DNA from: a virus
DNA length: 64,000 nt
Direction: 5' to 3' (one strand)
IMG/VR virus record: IMGVR_UViG_3300050821_010673
Span: 3,325-67,324 of that record
A program made the translations under genes and the position numbers. This document shows, one piece after another, positions 40,773-50,087 of the stretch (its first letter is position 1; each line of letters starts with the position of its first letter). The notes below the pieces were generated by a model, which was not told the DNA's origin, did no database searches, and saw only the letters and a list, made by a program, of their open reading frames with translations.

Positions 40773-42812
40773 GTAATCGAAGATAAATTGGTGATCACGA
40801 TGAATCTACTGACAAGTAGTGGGCGGATCCCAAAGAAGAAGTGGTTTGTCATGCGGCGCTCCGACTGGAGGGTTATCTCTCGCCATCAGTTTAAAAGCGC
40901 GGCCTTAGATAAGGCTCTCCTGGTAGCGTCGAAAACCGGACAGAAGTATGCACTTTGCGTGATCGCAATGCATGGTGGAGAGCCGGTCCTGGTTGAGACC
41001 GATTTTATTGGTCCAGAAAACTTTTCTCGTAGGTAATCTTAGTGGAAGAAGATTATAAATGCCTTGTAGAGCTTGCGGAAAGAGTTCAGAGGTCGGCCGT
41101 TGCCGGTATCAGTGGGAGGGGATCGGCCGATTCGCTGCATACCTATTCTTGGAGTGGGGACCTCCCGCGTGGCCGTGGCGTTGGTGGATGAACTGACCAT
41201 GGAAATCACTGTGGATGCCCAGATCTATGCGGATTCGTTCCGTCATCTGATGAGACTCAGAGATAAGACGGCGAAGGGAGCGTGGAAGGTCCGTGGCATT
41301 CGCGATCCACATGGAGAGAGGTTTCGTAGGGCGGCAGAGAAAATATACGGTGACATGGTCGGTGAGGATCCGTGGAGATTCTTCGAGGAGATGACGGAAA
41401 GCCTTGCCTACAAGTTCTCGAATGCCTCTGGACTTGATTACGAACACGCCGCTCGCGCCCTGGTAAACTACAGCAGCGATCCTCGCCCTGGTCTTACCCC
41501 GCTTCTACGGGCAATCGAAAGAGAGGCAGAATGAACGTCGCAGACCTAAAACCAGGGATGTACAAGGTCACTAAGGATGTCGTCAATCCGAAGTCAGACC
41601 GCCGGAGGTCCAGCAGGAACTTCTCAATGTTGCCTAAGTGGGAGAAGGGTCTCAGGGTTTGCGTTCAAATTGAGGAGTCAGAAAACAGGCTCCATCCGAA
41701 CCGCGCAACCATCTTTCGCGCTAGCGGCTATTCATTCTACGGAGTGACCGGCCGCGAAAATGGTGAACTTAACCACTCCGGCTTCGATGCCCTAGTCGCT
41801 GCGCTTCAACCTGTCGAGTGGACCGATGAGGAGTGGGTCCATGTTCACGTCAGCAACGGAGACCATGTCCTCGTGAGACTTTTGGAGTCCGGAAAAATCA
41901 CCAGGGAGGACATCAAGAGGACGCTCCATAGGTAATCTTCTCGGCATACGATTATAAAATGAAAAACTGCTGTGCCTGTGGACGGAAGATCCAGGATACA
42001 CCAATCGACACCTGGGGTCAGTGGTGCGTTCCATGTCAAACGCGGATCAAGCTGGAGACGCCATGGTATTCTCCGGGAATGAGACAGGCCGAGCAGATGA
42101 AGGCCGAGGCTGACTGGAAATTAAAGCATGGTCCTAAACCTATAATCGGAGTTGCTAAGTGCCCGTTCTGCGGAGGAGACGCAAAGCTCGCGACCGCAGA
42201 GCTTGGTCCATATCTGATCGAGTGTCGATGTGGCGCCACTGGAGCCCGGTCTAATACTCCAGAGGGAGCTGCGCTGATGTGGAATGGTAGAGTCGGCTCA
42301 CCTACGTAATCTTCTTGGTGGAAGATAAATGACCGACTTCGTTCACTCTCGGGACTGTAAGAACTTGCTGTGCCGCCTGATCTGGTGGCTCTGCGGTCGT
42401 AGTTAGAGGAGGCTTTATGGATGGCGTGACTCCGGTAACCGTGGTATTCACCCCGGAAGGCGTGACGGTCATCTCAATCAAGGGCAGCACGACCTATAAT
42501 AGGTTGATCCCATGGAAGGAGATGTACAAGCTCGGCCTCCGCGGCGAGAAGTTCACGGGCCCGGCCTTTACGAAGCAACTCGCGAAGAAGGTCGACGAGC
42601 TGGTCGCCTCCAACGTCAAGAACATGGACTCCAACAAGGAGTTTCTGAAGAGGATGCGTCGGACGAAGGTTCTGCTGCCGCCTCGCCCGGCGGCGGCTCC
42701 ATAAGGGAAGTTACGCCGCTGGCCGGGCTGAGCTCCGGGTCGGTGCGTTTGTGTGGGGGATCGGGTTCCGAGCCCGTCCCCCTGTAATCTTATTGGTGGA
42801 AAATAAATAAGC

Positions 42813-43427
42813 ATGACGAAGCCAACTGCCAACCGTCTTTATCCTTGGCAAAGAGAGGGCTACCTTAAACCTAAGGCCCAGCCTCTTTTCGACACGATCA
42901 TCCTCCCGGCAAAGCAACCGCTTGGTAGGTATTATGCGTTTCGGAATCAAATGAAATTCGACGACGGGGTCTACAAGACGCCTGCGGATACGAACATGAG
43001 CCTCTGCGGACAGCTTGGAACTCCTCTCGAGTACGACTTCCGCTGGATGGAACTGCACTTCGAGCGGTACGAGAGGTCTGCAGCGAAGTTTGCGATGAGG
43101 TTCATTCGAGTTAGTTTTATATTTGGACACCAGACCGTGTGGCAAAGGATGTGCGGAGCTGCATGGCGCCCACTGATCGACTGTCCGAAGAATCCGATCA
43201 CCAACGAATCAGCCCAGGTCCAAGCGAAAGCTGTCGCTGATGAATTCCAGAAGAGAGGCGAGTTCTGGCCTCACTACTGGACTCCGGTTGGAGATGTGTA
43301 CTCCCCCAGAAGGATCGACTCGGTCGAAGCGTTCCAGGTAGAGGTCGACTTCTCTGAGCCTGTTCTTCTGAATGACCCAATCCATCTGAAGGTCGTAATG
43401 CAGGACGTGATGTACAGTCCCCACTAG
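42813..43427 (+). CDS. divergent paralog of putative capsid protein 60687-61331
   Basis: QPLFDT..KTPADTNMSLCGQLGTPLEYD versus QPLYDS..KTFLYSNQTQAGSLGTPLSFD. Confidence 0.7.
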   Translation: MTKPTANRLYPWQREGYLKPKAQPLFDTIILPAKQPLGRYYAFRNQMKFDDGVYKTPADTNMSLCGQLGTPLEYDFRWMELHFERYERSAAKFAMRFIRVSFIFGHQTVWQRMCGAAWRPLIDCPKNPITNESAQVQAKAVADEFQKRGEFWPHYWTPVGDVYSPRRIDSVEAFQVEVDFSEPVLLNDPIHLKVVMQDVMYSPH

Positions 43428-43491
43428 ATAATCTTCTCTGCGTACGATTATAGTGGCACATAATCCACATTAGATGCATCTGGGAGGAGAC

Positions 43492-44091
43492 ATGCGCGTC
43501 GCTCTGGTCGTCCTGATGGCGCTCGCCTGCGCCGTTCCGTCCTGCCAGCGCCGGTCTCCGGTCCATGCTCCTCCACCAATCACGGGGACGTCGACCGTGA
43601 TCGGCGGTCCTCTCTTCGTCGGAGGGGCAACCGTCGACGACATGTACCCGAACGGGGATCTGATCTACGCGAAAAGGAGCCTGCCGGACCAGCTCCTCGT
43701 GACCATAAACAATCCGTACAGCGGGCCGATGCCGTCCGGAAGCGGCTTTGTCTGCGTGGCGGACACGAAGAACACGGGAGGCCTCTGTGTTCAGAACTCG
43801 AACTGGCCTCCTGGCGTCGATGGGACATGGCCGAACGAATGCACTCTGATCGGCTTCGGGATGCCGGTCGCGATCCTGACGCAGGGCGACAGGGACATCT
43901 ACGTCCGGCCGAACGAGATCGAGATCGCCCACTTCCAGTACACCGGTGGGGTCCGGAAGATGTCCTTCAACGGGAACACGACGGTTCCCAGACCGGTAGT
44001 GACCGGGTCCCGATCGACCGGGGCGGCCCTGGCGTCCCTGCTCTCGGCGCTTGACCAGCTCGGGCTGATCACGGACAATAGCACGCCGTAG
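43492..44091 (+). CDS. lipoprotein-signal protein with fibre/spike-type C-terminus
   Basis: N-terminal hydrophobic stretch with Cys; VTGSRSTGAALASLLSALDQLGLITD. Confidence 0.6.
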   Translation: MRVALVVLMALACAVPSCQRRSPVHAPPPITGTSTVIGGPLFVGGATVDDMYPNGDLIYAKRSLPDQLLVTINNPYSGPMPSGSGFVCVADTKNTGGLCVQNSNWPPGVDGTWPNECTLIGFGMPVAILTQGDRDIYVRPNEIEIAHFQYTGGVRKMSFNGNTTVPRPVVTGSRSTGAALASLLSALDQLGLITDNSTP

Positions 44092-44583
44092 AGCAGGAGG
44101 GAATCAATGGTCGACCGATGGTAAACATTCTGAGTCACCATCCGACGGCGCTCGGGCTGTCGATCGCGACCCTCCTCGCGACCGTCACAGTCGCCGTCGT
44201 CCGCCTCCGTAATTCGACCGGAAGCGAGCCCAAGTCAGGCTGCAAGAAGTGCGTCGTCTGCGGCGTCGAGATCTACGGGCTCTGTTCCCACTACAGTAAC
44301 ATCCACGACTGGTGCCGCTGCATTTGGCGATAGGCCGTATAATCCGTAGAATATAGACGCGACCGGGTGGGGGATTAGCGTCTGAAGGTCTACGAGATCA
44401 AAGGATCGAACTGCCCGCTCCGGATCCAGGTCTCCGACGATGAGGTCGTCGCTTGCCTGCAGTTCCGGGACGAGCGTGGGGATCCGTTCTACTGGAAGCT
44501 CGTGTCGCCCGACACGGCGAAGAGGCTGATCTCCGAGTTCCAGATGGGTGTCGCCTTCACGCTGCCGGACACGGTCCGGGACA

Positions 44584-44985
44584 CTATCCTCTGAGCTCCT
44601 GGAGCGTCCGCCGGTTGTACCGGAGACCGCGGAAGCCTAGGACCTCGATCGCGATCCGGTCGGCCTCGTCCTGGACGACCCTAGGCGTCCCCTTCGACCT
44701 TGGGTGGGACTTCGTGTGCTCGGGGTACCTCAGGCGCTTCCCGACGACGTGCCCGAGCTCGTGCGCAGACATCCCGAGGACCTCCTCGTCCGTTAGTTCC
44801 GTCTCGGAGGCCTTCGCGAAACAGACCGTGTACACGCGATGATTCGTGTGGGCGAACTGGCGCCACTTCTCGGCGTGGTGTCGGTCGGCGACCGAGCAGA
44901 AGGCGAACTTCACCTTGGCGAGCCACGGGAACTTCATCGCAGCGTGCGCCCGGACGAGAGTGAAGAGGATCTCGACCCGTCCCAC
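44584..44985 (-). CDS. small HExxH zinc metalloprotease-like protein
   Basis: AHELGH ... DEAD. Confidence 0.6.
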   Translation of the reverse strand: MGRVEILFTLVRAHAAMKFPWLAKVKFAFCSVADRHHAEKWRQFAHTNHRVYTVCFAKASETELTDEEVLGMSAHELGHVVGKRLRYPEHTKSHPRSKGTPRVVQDEADRIAIEVLGFRGLRYNRRTLQELRG

Positions 44986-44986
44986 G

Positions 44987-45496
44987 TCAGTCCTCCACGA
45001 CCGGCCGTCGTCCGGTCGGAAGCGGGTTGGTGTCCTTCTTGACGCGGTCGGCGATCGTCTTCAGGTGCCCCTCGATCTTCTCGAGGAATCCGTCCTGTGT
45101 CTGGTTCTTGATCACCTCGACGATTGGCCGGGCCTCCTCGAGGAAAGCCTTGATCGAGTCGGTCGTCTGCTGGTTCGTGCAGAGGCCGGTGTAGGCCATC
45201 CGGACCGTCGCCGAGACCCTTCGAATGCTGGTCAGGGTCGCCGGGATGACGAAGGCGAGACCGAAGGTCATGAGCACGATCGCCGTGATCGGATAGGCGA
45301 CCAGTCCGACGGTCTTCAGGTCCGTGACGCCGAGGACCAGGAGTCCGGCGACGACGCACGCCAGAAGCGGCACCAGGGTCGACGCGAAGATGCAGATCTT
45401 CCAGACCCGACGGATCTCCAGATCGAGTTCCTCCGGCGAGAGGATCTCCGGAAAGACGACGGGCGGGAGCTTTTGTGGTCTGTTCAGGTCGTCCAT
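44987..45496 (-). CDS. two-TM membrane protein
   Basis: Two hydrophobic helices. Confidence 0.65.
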   Translation of the reverse strand: MDDLNRPQKLPPVVFPEILSPEELDLEIRRVWKICIFASTLVPLLACVVAGLLVLGVTDLKTVGLVAYPITAIVLMTFGLAFVIPATLTSIRRVSATVRMAYTGLCTNQQTTDSIKAFLEEARPIVEVIKNQTQDGFLEKIEGHLKTIADRVKKDTNPLPTGRRPVVED

Positions 45497-46032
45497 GGTT
45501 AGGCCCGCGTGCTCCGCTGGTCGTGGTAGACGTGGTACTGATCCTCGAAGCCCGGCTCCATGAGCGGCGTGGACCGGCCGGGCGGCTGGTACGGATTCTC
45601 CCGGGTCTTGAACGGCAAGGACAGCTGGACGCCTGGAACGCTCGGATCGGTGAAGATGATCCGGAGCCAGCTGCCGTCGACCTCCTGGACACGGACCACC
45701 TGGACGACCGTGCCGGTCTCCTTGTGCTGCCAGAATCGGGCGATCCGGATCGACTTATTGTGCGCTCCGACTCCCGGACGATTCTTGATGATGATGTACG
45801 GCGCGTCTCCCATGTCAGTTCTCCTTCTTCTTCGTGGCCTCGAGCTTCGGGAACTGCAGGTAACCCGAGGCCCCCGGGAACCCGAACATCCCACCCATCC
45901 CGACAACCGGGAGCATCCTCATGATGACCTCCAGGCAGATCACGCAGTAATCCAGTCCCATGTACGTCACAGTCCCATTCCCGGCGCAGCGGTAACATGG
46001 CTTCTTTCTCTGCAGGAACTTGAAGAGGTTGA

Positions 46033-46452
46033 TCACCGACGCCTCAGGCTCTTGCTGGCCGCGTACGCCGGATCGGTCTTGGCGGCGTGCCACGCCGTGA
46101 CCTTGGACTTCGCCGACATCAGCAGGCCACCGACCGGAATCAGCCAGGACCACTTCCCCACGATGTCCCGGACCGCCGCGACGGTCGGATTGTCCCCGGC
46201 CGTGTCGATCGTGGAGATCAGCTGAGGCGTCCCTGCAGTGATTGCCGAAGGTGTCGCGATCGGAGGAGCGGTCGCACCGAGTCCCTTGCTGCAGCAGCAG
46301 CAGTTCGTGCAGTCCCCGCAGCCACCCGCACAGACGGAGGCGCGTCCGACCGCCCGACGGACCAGCACCGCGGCGCGGGACCGGTCGACGCCCTGCGCGA
46401 CGAGACTCGCCTGGACGGCAGCGGCGGCGTTGCTCTGTTCTGCGGTCAGCAT
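46033..46452 (-). CDS. putative virion membrane protein
   Basis: GVDRSRA module, Cys run, GLGA, hydrophobic C-terminus. Confidence 0.6.
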   Translation of the reverse strand: MLTAEQSNAAAAVQASLVAQGVDRSRAAVLVRRAVGRASVCAGGCGDCTNCCCCSKGLGATAPPIATPSAITAGTPQLISTIDTAGDNPTVAAVRDIVGKWSWLIPVGGLLMSAKSKVTAWHAAKTDPAYAASKSLRRR

Positions 46453-46454
46453 GT

Positions 46455-46922
46455 CTATTCTCCGGCTTCCTCTACATTTTCCTCGGAGTCCGAGGTCTCC
46501 TCCTCGTCCTCCTCATCCTCGTCGTCTCCTTCTTCTTCCTCCTCCTCATCCTCGTCGGCCTTCGTCGCTGAATCCTCGTCTTCCCCGTCCTTCTCCCACT
46601 CCTCCATGAAATCTCCCCACGAGCCGATCGAGAACTCCTCGTTCTCGGTGTCGTAGAGGATCGTCGTATCGTACGTGTCTCCGAGGTTCACATAGACGAG
46701 GACCGTGTCGCGCCAGTAGTTGTCGATGTGGGTGCCGTCGCCCTGGATCGCCTCGACGCCGTGTCCGCCGAGCGCCTCGTTCGCAAACTCCAGCGCCTTG
46801 TCGATGGCGTCGTCGTCCTCGGATCCAAGAGCTTCTTTAAGCTTATCGGACAGTTCCTCCGCCTTCCCGTAATCGAGATTCGGGAACGCTCTCGTGAGGT
46901 TCTTATCGCTTGGAGACGACAT
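46455..46922 (-). CDS. acidic phage hypothetical protein
   Basis: HGVEAI, YVNLGDTYDTT, SWGD, poly-acidic tail. Confidence 0.7.
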   Translation of the reverse strand: MSSPSDKNLTRAFPNLDYGKAEELSDKLKEALGSEDDDAIDKALEFANEALGGHGVEAIQGDGTHIDNYWRDTVLVYVNLGDTYDTTILYDTENEEFSIGSWGDFMEEWEKDGEDEDSATKADEDEEEEEEGDDEDEEDEEETSDSEENVEEAGE

Positions 46923-46932
46923 ATCTGTATCC

Positions 46933-47190
46933 TCAGCCGAACAGAGTCTTGAGCCAACCGATCGCCGAGAGCGTCGATCCGACCGCCGCGAGCGCCGCAC
47001 CGGACCAGCCGAGCGCGGACTCCGGCTGCGCCCGGGGCGTGACGAACCTCGACGGATTCGCACGGGCCGCCCGGACGACCGCCGAGACGCCGATCGCGAT
47101 GGCTTTGTCCTGGGGAACGCCGTCCACGCTGTAGAGGTGGTAGGCGTACTCCGTTGCCACGTCGATCGCCGTGTCGAGTCTCGCCATCAT
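46933..47190 (-). CDS. small virion membrane protein
   Basis: GVPQDKA module, RANP, C-terminal TM. Confidence 0.6.
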   Translation of the reverse strand: MMARLDTAIDVATEYAYHLYSVDGVPQDKAIAIGVSAVVRAARANPSRFVTPRAQPESALGWSGAALAAVGSTLSAIGWLKTLFG

Positions 47191-48515
47191 TTCACCAGCT
47201 TCAGTTCCGTCTTCGGCGTCTTCGGAACGAGGTTACAGACGACGTCGGCCCACTGAGAAGCCCTCGTCTTGCCCATGCATCGGTTCTCGCAGACCCAGTG
47301 GAGCGCGGCTCGTCCGAGCACATCTCTCTCGGCGCGCGTCAGGTCGACCATGCGCCGGAGGGCGTCCGGCCAGCCGTCGTCCGGGACCAGCTCGATCGGG
47401 AATCCTGCCTGGACCATCGACGGGTACTCCGCGACCGGGGAACACAGAAGCGGGTAGCCCGCCGCGGCGTACTCGAGACCCTTCAAGCCGGACTTGCCGG
47501 TGTTGAACTCGTTGTCCTCGAGCGGGACGATCCCGAAGTCTGCGGCGATGTCAGCGAGCTCGTCGTGGTAGCTATCGAAGTCGACCGGCTTCTTGAGGTC
47601 GACCCACTCGTAGCAGTCCGCCAGGACCTCCGGCAGACGCTCGCCGAAGAGCGTGAAGCGGACCTTCCCTGCGCGTTCCCGCAGGAGCTCCCGGATCGCC
47701 GGGGCGACGATCGCGAGGTCCATCTTGTGGGTCGCCGATCCGGCCCAGAGGATTCGGACGAAGGCCGGGTTCGGCGGCTGCCGCTTCGGGAGGACGTTCG
47801 CCGTCAGCATGTTCGGCAGGACGCGGACGGGCTTTCCGGGATACCTCTCGGCGAAGTGCCGGGCGAGCGGCTCCGTCGTGACAGTCACGAGATCCGCAAC
47901 ACGGATCATGGCGTCGATCTCGGCCTGCTTCTCGGGAGTTCCGTAGACAGTCTTCGCTTGATTCCCGTCCGGGATCGCGTCGAGACGATCGTCGATGTCG
48001 TAGACGATCTTCACGCCCTGGTTCTGCGCCTGACGGGCGATCTCGGTCAGGATGTCCGCCGTGATCAGCTGGATCCAGAGGACGTTGTACCGGAGCGCCT
48101 TCGAGACATCCGGACGGGCCGTCCAGTGCGAGATCACCCGGCCGCCCTCATTGAGCAGGTCCGCGGGGATCATCGCACGGTAGTAGCCGGAAGCCGTCTC
48201 GCCCGCCGGAACGAAGAGCACGTTTGGGATGTTGTCCTTCTGGAAGAGATGCTCGAGGAAGGCGTCCTCGGCCGCGTGCCGGAGGTCCAGGACGTCCTGG
48301 ATGGTCCGGAGCATCCGACCACCCCAGCGGATTGCCAGGACCTTGTAGACCTTGTCGGCCTCCTGGTAGATGTCCGGATGGAAGACCGGCGCCCGATCCT
48401 CGAACTTGATCCTCACGCCGTCGTCGCTCGGGCAGGGGATCCCGCCAGCCCAGAGTCGTACGGCGACCTCCGGGACCGTCCGGATCATGTCGATCAGCTG
48501 CGGCTTCGACGGCAT
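47187..48515 (-). CDS. GT-B glycosyltransferase inside the structural operon
   Basis: SGYYR..P, YDIDD, WAGSATH..D, PL....FN..KS.LK.LEY. Confidence 0.85.
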   Translation of the reverse strand: MPSKPQLIDMIRTVPEVAVRLWAGGIPCPSDDGVRIKFEDRAPVFHPDIYQEADKVYKVLAIRWGGRMLRTIQDVLDLRHAAEDAFLEHLFQKDNIPNVLFVPAGETASGYYRAMIPADLLNEGGRVISHWTARPDVSKALRYNVLWIQLITADILTEIARQAQNQGVKIVYDIDDRLDAIPDGNQAKTVYGTPEKQAEIDAMIRVADLVTVTTEPLARHFAERYPGKPVRVLPNMLTANVLPKRQPPNPAFVRILWAGSATHKMDLAIVAPAIRELLRERAGKVRFTLFGERLPEVLADCYEWVDLKKPVDFDSYHDELADIAADFGIVPLEDNEFNTGKSGLKGLEYAAAGYPLLCSPVAEYPSMVQAGFPIELVPDDGWPDALRRMVDLTRAERDVLGRAALHWVCENRCMGKTRASQWADVVCNLVPKTPKTELKLVK

Positions 48516-48590
48516 ACCTCTCTCCTTCTTCTTCTCCCCGCTAGGCACTCTACAGGACTCCCTTATTCTACGTCCCGAAGAGCGCGTTGT

Positions 48591-49472
48591 CTACTTGAGC
48601 ATGTGCTTGAGCGCCAGGAGACCGGCACCGGCGCCTCCGGCCCAGACGTACCATGGAACGTCCGACAGTTTCGGCAGAGGTGGAAGGGCGCTCGGCCCCT
48701 GGGCCTGTGAGGAAACGACGATCTGCTTCTGGAGAGCGGTCTGAGCCTTTCCGGCGTCGATCAGAGCATTCGTATTGGCGATGTCGTTTCGGACAGCGAT
48801 CAGGACCGCGGCGGTCGGATCGGTGTTGTCCCACTGGTACGGCGCCGCTCCTCCCTCGACGCCGACGGCGTACTGGGTCCAGTCGTTGTAGAGCGCGTCC
48901 AGCTGGTTCCGGATGTCCTGCCGGTCAGCGTCGGAGGACGCGGTGCCGTACGCATCGAGCAGAGCCCGGTGCTGGCTCTGCGTGTCCTGGGCCTTCGAGA
49001 GAACGGCGGCGTCGACCGTCGCTCCGTCGCCGAGGCCGCTCAGGCGGTGGTATCGGGCCGAGGCCCGGTAGACCAGGATCCGGGCACGCTCGGACGGGAC
49101 TCCCTTGGCGAGGAGCTCCTGGAAGACCGAGTCCATGACGGCGGTCTTGTCGATGACCTGATCCGCGCCGAGCCCAGACCTTGACTGCCGGACCATTTTG
49201 GCCGCGGCGTGGACGGTGGACCGGGCCTTCTCCGGAGGTATGCCGTTCACGATCAGCTTGTTGATGACCGGCTCGGTCGCGAACGACGTGTGATCGTGGA
49301 CGGAGTAGGCGTGCATTCCATCCGGGATCATCGTCGCGGTCCGCCATCCCTCGTGGTGATAGCCGTCGTCGATCCCGTGCATCCCGTCCGGAATCATCGT
49401 CGCCGTGTTGACGTAGACGATCGGGTCCTGACGGACGACGCGGACTCCGGGGCGCCTGCTGATCGTTCTCAT
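48591..49472 (-). CDS. putative virion protein with internal repeats and C-terminal TM
   Basis: TATMIPDGMH twice, two G[IV]P.E[KR]AR modules each followed by GLG. Confidence 0.7.
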   Translation of the reverse strand: MRTISRRPGVRVVRQDPIVYVNTATMIPDGMHGIDDGYHHEGWRTATMIPDGMHAYSVHDHTSFATEPVINKLIVNGIPPEKARSTVHAAAKMVRQSRSGLGADQVIDKTAVMDSVFQELLAKGVPSERARILVYRASARYHRLSGLGDGATVDAAVLSKAQDTQSQHRALLDAYGTASSDADRQDIRNQLDALYNDWTQYAVGVEGGAAPYQWDNTDPTAAVLIAVRNDIANTNALIDAGKAQTALQKQIVVSSQAQGPSALPPLPKLSDVPWYVWAGGAGAGLLALKHMLK

Positions 49473-49476
49473 GGTC

Positions 49477-50085
49477 TCATCCTTTCGAGGCGTAGTACGC
49501 GCCAATGATGGTCGCCAGGGCCGCAGTGCCGATCGCGATGGTGGGGAGTCCACCGATCGAGGAGATCGCATCCGGAAGCGAGAGCGGCGTGACCGGAGCC
49601 GCCAGGGCTCCGGACGGCGTCGCCAGGAGGCCGTTCGCCGTGGCATTCTGGATCAGGGCGGACTTCGCCGCCAGCGACTGGGAGTTCTGGGTGATCTGCG
49701 CCTCCTGGAGCTGGATCTGCGCGAGGTTCTTCTGGGCGTCCGTGTTGATCTTCGCGCTCCAGATGGCGCCGACCGCGCCTGCGATGGCACCGACCAGCCC
49801 GGAGGCTCCGCCGATATCCGACGAGGTGGCGTCGGAGAGTCCGGAAGCCTGGGACGTCTTGATCGCGTCGATGTCGACGGCCTGCCGCGCGAAGGCCCGG
49901 ACGGCCGGGAAGAGCGCCGGACCGGGCACGCCAGTCAGGCCCCGGACGACGTCCCTGTAGACGATCGACGTGAACTGGTCCCTCGTCAGACCGCCCTTCT
50001 GGATCGCCGCCGCGACCGACGGCTGGTCGATGTCCGACGCGAAGGCGGCCGAGAGGGCCCGGGCGTAGGCGGTCTTCGGGTCCAT
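49477..50085 (-). CDS. putative virion membrane protein
   Basis: SGLSD, Gly/Ala hydrophobic segment, Gln-rich coil, C-terminal TM. Confidence 0.7.
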   Translation of the reverse strand: MDPKTAYARALSAAFASDIDQPSVAAAIQKGGLTRDQFTSIVYRDVVRGLTGVPGPALFPAVRAFARQAVDIDAIKTSQASGLSDATSSDIGGASGLVGAIAGAVGAIWSAKINTDAQKNLAQIQLQEAQITQNSQSLAAKSALIQNATANGLLATPSGALAAPVTPLSLPDAISSIGGLPTIAIGTAALATIIGAYYASKG

Positions 50086-50087
50086 GA

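Larger units (their letters stand above)
40271..43450 (+). repeat. Family B intergenic inverted-repeat sites TAATC-N12-GATTA
   Basis: Copies at 40271, 41034, 41933, 42307 (GATAA), 42785 (AATAA), 43429; truncated copy at 40774. Confidence 0.85.
18544..43478 (+). repeat. Family A intergenic inverted-repeat sites GGCAY-N14-RTGCC (14 copies)
   Basis: 24-bp copies start at 18544, 20115, 23088, 25740, 25992, 26249, 26989, 27288, 27786, 30666, 32251, 35552, 40238, 43455; spacer is 14 nt in all. Confidence 0.9.

Noticed and set aside
18543-43478. Family A sites as sigma54 promoters (TGGCAC is the -24 element)
   Set aside because: No TTGC with GC 10 nt after the GG; the conserved GC is 19 nt away and belongs to an inverted arm.
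18544-43478. Canonical integron attC or Xer dif/pdif sites
   Set aside because: No RYYYAAC/GTTRRRY boxes or long hairpins, no dif consensus (TTATGTTAAAT), and the recombinase is too short to carry the IntI insertion.
48544-48550. Family A site in the structural operon
   Set aside because: Only one arm (GAGTGCC on the minus strand) is present.
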